Source: Oligoflexus sp. (GTDB taxonomy: Bacteria; Bdellovibrionota_B; Oligoflexia; Oligoflexales; Oligoflexaceae). From it: 24,060 bases of DNA. A model generated the notes under the pieces. The model saw nothing but the letters and a program-made list of their open reading frames with translations, was not told where the DNA came from and made no database searches. Each line of letters begins with the position of its first letter. Position 1 is the stretch's first letter. The DNA is taken from positions 1-24,060 of the forward strand of contig JBGSTX010000019.1 of NCBI GenBank assembly GCA_041736305.1, written 5' to 3'. This document shows positions 17,324 to 24,060 of the stretch, one piece after another. The position numbers were made by a program, and so were the translations under genes.

Positions 17324-18938
17324 GCCGTCGCAAGCTCGATCGCCCAAGCTCCAGAGCGGCAGCCCAGCTTCCACTGCGCATGCGCAAAGCTGAAAATCCG
17401 AAGCACAAGAGGACGAGTGAACCATGCAAACTCAGGAAAATGAGATTATCTATTTGCCGCCAGTTGGCTAAGAAGCCCGCGATGATCCGCTCAAGCCCTG
17501 GATTGAGAAGACTTACACTGAGATAAACTGCAGCGCCTAAGGCCAACCAAGCACCGTTTTTTTTCAGTTCAGCTAAATTCCAGTCTGCACCCATCCTTTT
17601 GCTCCCCCAAACGAGAATAGCCGCATTGAGACTCAGGGTCATCGAGCTCGTCAGCGCAAGACCCACATGGCCGAAGCGATGGACAAAAAGCATGTTTCCT
17701 AGAACGTTACTAGCAATACTGAAGAGCGAGACTTTCATCGCAAACGAAGTCTTATCAGTCGCATAATAGAAGGCCGTCATAACTTTTATGAGGCCATAGG
17801 CCAGCATGCTAAGCGAATAAGCAAAGAGGGCACGCCCTGTAGCCTCAGCATCAGCGGCCGTATAATGACCGTGTCTAAACAGAAAATCAATAATGCGCTG
17901 GTGGTTGACGAGAGCGAACATCATACAGGGCAAGAGCAGCCAACTCACGAAAGTGCAGGCCTGCTGTAGCTGGGCCGAAACTTCAGAATCCACACGTTTC
18001 CCAGCTTTGATAACTGCTCGCGTTAGAGCCGGTAAAGCATAGACTCCCACGGCCACCCCAAAGATGCCTATAGGCAGCTGCAGAATTCGAAAAGCATAGG
18101 TCAACCAGGTGACAGCTCCAGGTCCAACTCCAGTAGCGAAATTGGTGTTGACTATAGAATTGATAGGAGCTGCACTAGTAGCAATCACTGCTGGACCCAT
18201 CAGTTTGAGCACTAGCTTGATATCCCCAGACCAAGGCAAATCCTTCCAAAGGCTTTTCCCACAATAAATGAGTGGGGCGCGAACACTCCAGATCGCCGCA
18301 AGCATCTGGATCAGAAAACCAAGTATAGTGCCCCAAGCCAGACCCAAAACGCGTGCATCCCCTGAACCAGCTACCCATTCGGGTGAGTAGGTCTGAAGCA
18401 GGTCGCCTAGGACTAACCCTCCGAAGATGACACCCAGGTTAGCCAGCACCGGAATAACTGCGTTAAAGAAAAACCGGCCCTTTTGGTAAAGAGCGCCCAT
18501 AGCAACCGCACCGATTACACTCATCCCCAAAGAAGGGAAAAGAATTTGAGTCAAACTTACAGCATTTAGCTGGTAAATTTCGGAAGACTCCCCGCCTAGA
18601 CTCATAAAAGCTACCAGGTCTGGAGCGGCCCAAATACCAAGCATAATTAGGCTAAGCATGACCAGAAAACTGAGATAGAGCATTTGAAAAAGGAGCCTGT
18701 CTGCACCTTCAGAATTCTGCTCTTTAAGGCTGGTATAGACTTTCGTGAACGAGCTCCCGAGAGCGCCTTCGGCGAGCATGTCCCGCAGGAGGTTAGGAAT
18801 TCGCTGCGCGACCACAAAAGCATCATGGAGAGGACCCGCACCCAGGATATGGGTCGTCACGACATCGCGGACCAGGCCTGAAACGCGGCTTATGAGGGTG
18901 CCTGCTGCAAAAAAAAGGCTGGAACGGGCAATAGACAC
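17313..18938 (-). CDS. murJ: Lipid II flippase MurJ (MviN)
   Basis: SRVSGLVRD, RIPNLLRDMLAEGAL, RILQLPIGIFGVAV, and many TM helices. Confidence 0.95.
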   Translation of the reverse strand: MSIARSSLFFAAGTLISRVSGLVRDVVTTHILGAGPLHDAFVVAQRIPNLLRDMLAEGALGSSFTKVYTSLKEQNSEGADRLLFQMLYLSFLVMLSLIMLGIWAAPDLVAFMSLGGESSEIYQLNAVSLTQILFPSLGMSVIGAVAMGALYQKGRFFFNAVIPVLANLGVIFGGLVLGDLLQTYSPEWVAGSGDARVLGLAWGTILGFLIQMLAAIWSVRAPLIYCGKSLWKDLPWSGDIKLVLKLMGPAVIATSAAPINSIVNTNFATGVGPGAVTWLTYAFRILQLPIGIFGVAVGVYALPALTRAVIKAGKRVDSEVSAQLQQACTFVSWLLLPCMMFALVNHQRIIDFLFRHGHYTAADAEATGRALFAYSLSMLAYGLIKVMTAFYYATDKTSFAMKVSLFSIASNVLGNMLFVHRFGHVGLALTSSMTLSLNAAILVWGSKRMGADWNLAELKKNGAWLALGAAVYLSVSLLNPGLERIIAGFLANWRQIDNLIFLSLHGSLVLLCFGFSALRMRSGSWAAALELGRSSLRRLKP

Positions 18939-19016
18939 GGCTAGCTCATCTTTATAAGGTGATGCCCATCACCTTAGCATAAGAAAGATACGATATCCAA
19001 GCCGTGCGAAGGGGCT

Positions 19017-19445
19017 TCAAAACAGCTCTTCTCGGACTGCATGGACTTCTAGTTCAAGATTTCCGAGCAAGTTCTCGATGGCAGAAAATTCACCCCAACG
19101 CGCCAAACCTTGCAGTTCGATGGCAGAGCTCAAGATCTGAACCGCACCGACGCGCAGTGCGTTTTGTGCTAACTGCTGGGCGAGCCGATCGAGGCCAATG
19201 CGGTCGCCATTGCTGTTAAAGTGAAAAGCCAAACGAAGATCGCAGGCAATCTTTTCCAGGTGAGTCGAGAGTAATTCCGAGAAATCAAGGCCGTCTGAAG
19301 TACTCAAAGTTTTTAGCATCTCTAGCATACGGCCGTCTACTGAAGCCATTCCGAGAGTTGGCAGCGCTTCAGTATCGGAAAGCTGACTTTGCCGGCTTGA
19401 GTAGTTTTGTGGGACGACGCGGGACTTCTTAGCGTTGAGATCCAT
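19017..19445 (-). CDS. HPt-fold protein lacking the phosphoacceptor histidine (pseudo-HPt)
   Basis: AGGAG RBS at 19451-19455. The helical pattern D…L..L…FSELLSTHL…LAQQLAQNALRVGA..ILSSAIELQ aligns with the HPt AHxLKGSSxxIGA region, with Gln at the His position. Confidence 0.7.
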   Translation of the reverse strand: MDLNAKKSRVVPQNYSSRQSQLSDTEALPTLGMASVDGRMLEMLKTLSTSDGLDFSELLSTHLEKIACDLRLAFHFNSNGDRIGLDRLAQQLAQNALRVGAVQILSSAIELQGLARWGEFSAIENLLGNLELEVHAVREELF

Positions 19446-19605
19446 AAAAACTCCTGATGAACTAAGCTTTTGCTGCCAGCAGCGACATTTATACAGATCT
19501 ATCATAGCCATAATTGAAGGAACAAGGAAATCCGCAAAGCTTGGCATTTGATCAGAAAGGCTCAAGTTGGAGTTAATTATGGGCAAAAGTAAGGGAAGGG
19601 AGAGG

Positions 19606-19723
19606 AGGAGAAAAAAGATGGGGAATGGTTTCTCCTAGGAATTTTTATCGGACTTTAGCATCAGCAACAACAGCAGAACAGGAGAAGCAAGGCAACGGGA
19701 ACCTGGGAGATTCCCCATCTTAG
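19606..19723 (-). ncRNA. Candidate structured sRNA/5' leader
   Basis: 12-bp perfect inverted repeat 19615-19626/19710-19721, inner 8/9 stem 19631-19639/19702-19710, ending in a U-run on the minus strand. Starts at the predicted sigma-54 TSS. Confidence 0.5.
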
Positions 19724-19733
19724 TAATCCTTAC

Positions 19734-19749
19734 AGCAAGTACTGTTCCA
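19734..19749 (-). promoter_or_regulatory. Sigma-54 (-24/-12) promoter
   Basis: TGGAAC-AGTAC-TTGCT, exact GG-N10-GC spacing. Predicted +1 near 19723. Confidence 0.65.
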
Positions 19750-19929
19750 CAGAATTCGAAAAATTTTTCGGGGTAATAATTAAGAAAATTCGCAATATCG
19801 CTGGATATATGCGCTAGGAAAGTGGCAATTGTCGATAATAGCTACAGACAGCTTTTTGCTGAATCTTTGCTGACAGATAACGCTATTGATTGAGCCGAAA
19901 TTGGGAACTCATGACGCCGACCTTGGCAG

Positions 19930-20940
19930 TTACATAGCACCGGCGTAGGTAGTGAGAACATAGCGGAATGATCCGACAACAGTGAGGCGATCCTTTTTCA
20001 TGCCCTCGGGCAAAGGCGCGAAAGGTGCTGCGAGATTTAGCGCTTCGACCACGGCATCGTCCAATATCTTGTGGCCGGAAGTTGTAACAACTCGGACCCG
20101 AGCAAGTCGACCATCCTGCAAAATCGTGAATTCAACCTTCACCTCCCCTTGCAATCCACGCTGGACCGCTTCGGCCGGATAAGACCAGACGAGTTCGAAG
20201 GCCTTTCTTATATTTGTAAAATAACCAAGGTACCGAAAATTGGTCGTGTTGAGATCGACTCTCTCACCTATTTCAGCCTCATCGCTAACATAGTCCTGAT
20301 ACCCGGCCTGGACGTGTTGGGCCATCTCTTCTGACCGCGGCATGAGCGATTCATAAACATTGCGCGGCTTATTTTCCCGAGCTCGAGGGGCTGCGACTGT
20401 TCCGTTCGGGGAGAGAAGCATGCTTTTGTTAGGAGCTTGTGGCGGTGATTCGCGCTGCACATCTGAAGTCTTTGGTTTAACTTGCTCAGTCACCTGTGGT
20501 GCATTCTGCGCTTTCCGAGCCGCCTGGGCTTTCGAATCGCGACCAGCCTGCCCAGGATCAGCGGCTTTAGGACGTGGGACTTGGTCAGCGATCTTAGTCT
20601 CTTTTTCAGTTTTATGGTCCTGTGCTCCCAGTCTATTGGAATCCTTAGGGGCTTCGGTCGGCGCCATCGGCGTCTCGACAAGACGCTTGGCATCAGGATC
20701 TTTCTCTTCAGGCTTTTCTTTGTCTTGAGGCTTTTTTGGCTTCTTAGTAACTTTTACATTGATCTTGGCCGGCTCCGAGCGAGGATACGGGATAGCCGAA
20801 GTTCTTGGCGCGATCTTATCGAGGTTGACGATAGAAACTAGGTGGAGCAAGGCGGAGAAAAATACGATACTAAGAAGCCAATACCAGCTTTGGCGGGGCA
20901 GGCCAGTGAAGAAAGTGATTTTATTGGATTCTCTTTTCAT
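19930..20940 (-). CDS. TonB-family energy transducer
   Basis: N-terminal TM with SALLH, Pro/Lys-rich linker, C-terminal WSYPAEAVQRGLQGEVKVEFTI…SGHKILDDA..EA…AAPFAPLP. Confidence 0.9.
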   Translation of the reverse strand: MKRESNKITFFTGLPRQSWYWLLSIVFFSALLHLVSIVNLDKIAPRTSAIPYPRSEPAKINVKVTKKPKKPQDKEKPEEKDPDAKRLVETPMAPTEAPKDSNRLGAQDHKTEKETKIADQVPRPKAADPGQAGRDSKAQAARKAQNAPQVTEQVKPKTSDVQRESPPQAPNKSMLLSPNGTVAAPRARENKPRNVYESLMPRSEEMAQHVQAGYQDYVSDEAEIGERVDLNTTNFRYLGYFTNIRKAFELVWSYPAEAVQRGLQGEVKVEFTILQDGRLARVRVVTTSGHKILDDAVVEALNLAAPFAPLPEGMKKDRLTVVGSFRYVLTTYAGAM

Positions 20941-21103
20941 TCAAAGACCTTACAACGTTCAAGTTGACATCATGCCAAGTAAATCACTTGTAATAGCATC
21001 AACCTTACCCCTAAAACTGACTCGCAGTTTAGTGGGTAGACCCACGGCACCCTGACCTTATGTTAGTTTATCGGTAAATGTTCAAGCTCTTGAAGGGCCA
21101 TGC

Positions 21104-21883
21104 ATGCTTTTTCTAAAAAATGTTCCGACATTTTTCTCGGCACTCCTCATTTTCTTTAGCCTCTCAGTGGCTTGCGTAGAGAAGGACATTGATCCTTCGG
21201 ACCCGGCTGCGGCCTTCGTCCGTGCACGCGAACCCTATGACGATGAGATGTACGAGATAGCTATCCAGCGACTTGGTGAGTTTAAGTCCCAGTTTCCATA
21301 CAGTAAACATACTCCTGATGCCGAGCTTATGATAGCCGATAGCCATTTTCAACTTTCGCGTTACGCGGAAGCGGCTAGTGCTTACGAACAGTTCGTCAAA
21401 CTCCATCCCCGCCACGAGAAGGCCGCTTTTGCTCAGTATAGAGTCGGAGAGTCTTATTGGGCCGAGGCTCCTGACGATATCGATAGGGAACAAGACTATA
21501 CGCTCAAGTCGATTGCTGAATGGGAAAAGTTAGTCAGCGGGTACCCAGATTCCAAAGAAAGCTCCCAAGCAAAGGAGCTGTTGAACAAAGGGCGCCGGCG
21601 AGTAGCCGAACATTCAGACTTTATCGCCCGTTTTTACTGTAAGCAGGAAATCTATCACGCCTGTGCCTACCGCTATCTGCAGCTGATCGAACAATATCCT
21701 CAGTTCGTGGACTTAGCCAAGGGTGCCTACACCAGATCTGCAAACGCCTTCGAAAAGCTCAGCGAAGGGAAGTCAAAAGAGAGCGAAAGCGATGCTAATC
21801 TTTATTATAAGTCGATGTCTTCCGCCGAACTCAAACAGAAGGCTGAAGAGATGCGCGCCAAAGGGGCAAAACTTACTCTCTAA
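21104..21883 (+). CDS. bamD: Outer membrane protein assembly factor BamD
   Basis: Lipobox SVAC, TPR repeats with FPYSK, FVKLHPRHE, DREQ, YPDS, IARFY. Confidence 0.9.
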   Translation: MLFLKNVPTFFSALLIFFSLSVACVEKDIDPSDPAAAFVRAREPYDDEMYEIAIQRLGEFKSQFPYSKHTPDAELMIADSHFQLSRYAEAASAYEQFVKLHPRHEKAAFAQYRVGESYWAEAPDDIDREQDYTLKSIAEWEKLVSGYPDSKESSQAKELLNKGRRRVAEHSDFIARFYCKQEIYHACAYRYLQLIEQYPQFVDLAKGAYTRSANAFEKLSEGKSKESESDANLYYKSMSSAELKQKAEEMRAKGAKLTL

Positions 21884-21907
21884 AGCTTAGTCTCAGATAG
21901 CCGAATC
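21881..21907 (+). promoter_or_regulatory. Sigma-28 (FliA)-type promoter
   Basis: TAAA-N15-GCCGAATC overlapping the bamD stop codon, ~50 nt upstream of the lytic transglycosylase gene. Confidence 0.55.
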
Positions 21908-21955
21908 CTTGTAAGATCGCGCGACTTCGCCCGCCGATCCATTGCAGAACCAAGG

Positions 21956-23305
21956 ATGGGGCTTATGAGATTGAAGCATCGATTCCCAAGTGCGCTGATA
22001 GTAGCCGGACTGCTGGGCTGTCAGACAACTACTCCAGGCTCAGAAACTCCACAATCAGATAAGCAATCTATGGCCGGCTTCTCGACAAACGACGCGAGCG
22101 CTGCCGGCGATAAGTCACTGTCATCGATCATTGAGGTCCTCGATGCCAGCGACGCTGCGAGAAGGCGCTACTGCCGAGATGATGTATACAGTCTCTACCT
22201 TCAGGAAAATTACATCAATTCCGTTGGGCCCAAAGATCCACGCAGTGCACGTCGAGCCCGGAAAGAAGCGCAGCATGAGGCCTACCGGAAGCTCAATGCC
22301 GATTTACCGGTAGAATTTGGTGGACTTCCTGTCCAAGCCACGCAGAGAGTCTACGCCTGGCTAGATTATTTCACGGGTAGTGGTCGCCAGAATTTTATGG
22401 TCTGGTTGATTCGCAGCGCATCAGTTCGCGAAACCTTGGTCCCTCTGCTAGAACAAGAAGGTTTGCCACCTGAATTCTTTTTTCTTGCTATGATCGAATC
22501 TGGCTTCAGCAACATGGCCTTTAGCCGTTCGAGTGCTTCGGGTACCTGGCAATTCATGAAACCAACTGCACAGCACTATGGTCTTCACATCAATTACTGG
22601 GTCGACGAACGTCGAGATCCAATTAAGTCGACGCTTGCGGCCGCAAGGTATCTCAAGGATCTTCATCGACAGTTTAAAGACTGGTATCTAGCTATCGCTG
22701 CTTACAATGCAGGACCGAATAAGATCATCCGCGGAATCCGAGCTACGGGCACCCGTGACTACTGGGCCTTAAGCAGATCCCCCTACCTTTTGCCTGAAAC
22801 TAAAAACTACGTTCCGAAAATGCTTGCCGCCCTCATGATTGCGAGTCACCCAGAGCACTACGGTTTTTCAATAGCAGCCGATATCCGAAACACGACCCCA
22901 TTGACAACAATTGCACTCAAGAATCCCTTTCGGCTTGCAGAAATCGCTAGTCGACTGACTATTCCGCTCCGCGAGCTGCAGCGTTGGAACCCTGAAATAC
23001 TACGTGGTGTCACTCCCCCTATATCGCGTCAGGCATCCAAGAACCGCAACAACGCCTACGTCTTACGTCTGCCTAAACCTCTGGCCGAAAAATTTCCACT
23101 CATCGAGCCCGATTTGCAGCAGCTCAGTATTCACGACGTACAACTTCATCGCATAAAAAAAGGTGAGACCTTAGATGCAATTGCCAAGATCTATAAGGTC
23201 CCCAGGGAAAAACTCATCCAGTTTAACCCTGACCTCAGACCCCAACGCCTCCGCCCAGGACAGAATGTGGCGGTACCCGTCCCGGTGATTTCGGGCATCC
23301 TATAA
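21956..23305 (+). CDS. mltD: MltD-like lytic transglycosylase lipoprotein with LysM
   Basis: Lipobox LLGC, IESGF (catalytic Glu), GTWQFM, DERRDP, AAYNAG, ETKNYV, C-terminal LysM (HRIKKGETLDAIA). Confidence 0.9.
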   Translation: MGLMRLKHRFPSALIVAGLLGCQTTTPGSETPQSDKQSMAGFSTNDASAAGDKSLSSIIEVLDASDAARRRYCRDDVYSLYLQENYINSVGPKDPRSARRARKEAQHEAYRKLNADLPVEFGGLPVQATQRVYAWLDYFTGSGRQNFMVWLIRSASVRETLVPLLEQEGLPPEFFFLAMIESGFSNMAFSRSSASGTWQFMKPTAQHYGLHINYWVDERRDPIKSTLAAARYLKDLHRQFKDWYLAIAAYNAGPNKIIRGIRATGTRDYWALSRSPYLLPETKNYVPKMLAALMIASHPEHYGFSIAADIRNTTPLTTIALKNPFRLAEIASRLTIPLRELQRWNPEILRGVTPPISRQASKNRNNAYVLRLPKPLAEKFPLIEPDLQQLSIHDVQLHRIKKGETLDAIAKIYKVPREKLIQFNPDLRPQRLRPGQNVAVPVPVISGIL

Positions 23306-23372
23306 AAGGCGAGGACTAGGAAGAGTAAGGTGCGTATAAGGATGGGGAGGTTTTCCATCCTGCGAGGTCCTT

Positions 23373-24060
23373 ATGCGCGAAAATCCTTTTGTCACCGACC
23401 GCCTCTTTTGCCCTGGCCCAACCCCTGTTCCCCTTGCCAATAGTCAAGCGGCTCTTCGGACCAATGTTTACCACCGAACCGACACGTTTCGGCAGGACGT
23501 TCTAGAGTGTCGGAAGCTGCTCCAGATCTTTTTCGGATCGCAAGAGGCTCCTCTGATACTGACCAGCTCCGGGACGGGAGCTCTAGAGGCTGCTCTGGTC
23601 AACCTTACGGCACCTGGTGATCCTATTCTCGTCATCAATGGGGGAAAATTTGGTGAACGCTGGGAAAAGCTCGGCAAAACCTACGGCTGCGAGGTAACGA
23701 GCTACACCCTACACTGGGGTACTAGTCCGGATCCCGAAGTTTTAAAGGAAACTTTGCGGCGTATGCCCACCTGCAAAGCCGTATTCTTCCAAGCTAATGA
23801 AACGTCTACCGGCGTCGCTTTTCCAGTCGAAGAGCTAGCGACGGCCATTCGCTCCGTTTCGGAAGCGTTCATCATCGTCGATGCAGTTTCTGGAATGATT
23901 GCGCAACGGATCGCCATGCAAGAGTGGGGTCTCGACTGCGTTGTTAGCGGAAGCCAGAAAGGCTTTGGAATTCCTCCAGGACTCAGCTTCATTGGCCTTT
24001 CTGAACGGGCTTGGGGTGCTCTCAGCTCCCGTCCACGCTTTTATTTCGACTTAGCTCGCG
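23373..24060 (+). CDS. Class V PLP aminotransferase (alanine-glyoxylate/serine-pyruvate family), 3'-truncated
   Basis: Not in the ORF track. Manual translation: MRENPFVTDRLFCPGPTPV…YHRT…SSGTGALEA…GGKFGERW…NETSTGV…VDAVS…SGSQKG (PLP Lys). Confidence 0.93.
   Translation, partial: MRENPFVTDRLFCPGPTPVPLANSQAALRTNVYHRTDTFRQDVLECRKLLQIFFGSQEAPLILTSSGTGALEAALVNLTAPGDPILVINGGKFGERWEKLGKTYGCEVTSYTLHWGTSPDPEVLKETLRRMPTCKAVFFQANETSTGVAFPVEELATAIRSVSEAFIIVDAVSGMIAQRIAMQEWGLDCVVSGSQKGFGIPPGLSFIGLSERAWGALSSRPRFYFDLAR

Noticed and set aside
19446-19586. 47-aa extension of the pseudo-HPt ORF
   Set aside because: The AGGAG RBS supports ATG 19445.
19618-19638. Plus-strand mini-ORF MGNGFS* behind GGAGGAG
   Set aside because: Only six codons, and I found no plus-strand promoter. 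The purine tract is equally explained by the minus-strand pyrimidine tail.
1-24060. CRISPR array, integron attC sites, prophage or integrase genes
   Set aside because: No regularly spaced repeats, convincing attC cores or phage/integrase motifs seen by eye. The remaining short ORFs in the track overlap better-supported genes.

Overview
Bacterial chromosomal segment. The gene content (HTH-DUF4423/TIGR02147-like regulator, REC-PilZ protein, TatT-like TPR protein, sigma-28-type promoters, many secreted hypothetical proteins) suggests Bdellovibrionota/Oligoflexia, which is an inference. The left arm has a TatT-like protein, an outer-membrane beta-barrel, a large lipoprotein, fabH, a DUF5679-like Zn-ribbon protein, an NsrR-like Rrf2 regulator, a GAF histidine kinase and a REC-PilZ regulator. 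An accessory block (~8.5-15.0 kb) abuts the 3' end of tRNA-Asn(GTT). It holds a three-gene exported-protein operon (Cys-rich hairpin protein, glycine-zipper protein, lipoprotein) divergent from an HTH-DUF4423 regulator and its small secreted Gly-rich partner, a decayed IS21 istB remnant, and two convergent HEPN (RNxxxH) proteins that may be anti-phage effectors. The right arm has a response regulator, aroB, murJ, a His-less pseudo-HPt, a TonB-family protein, bamD, an MltD-like enzyme and a truncated class V aminotransferase. The most unusual unannotated signal is at 19.6-19.9 kb: a sigma-54 promoter whose predicted +1 lies about 2 nt before a fold-back RNA with alternative pairings and a 27-codon Leu-run ORF, upstream of the pseudo-HPt gene.
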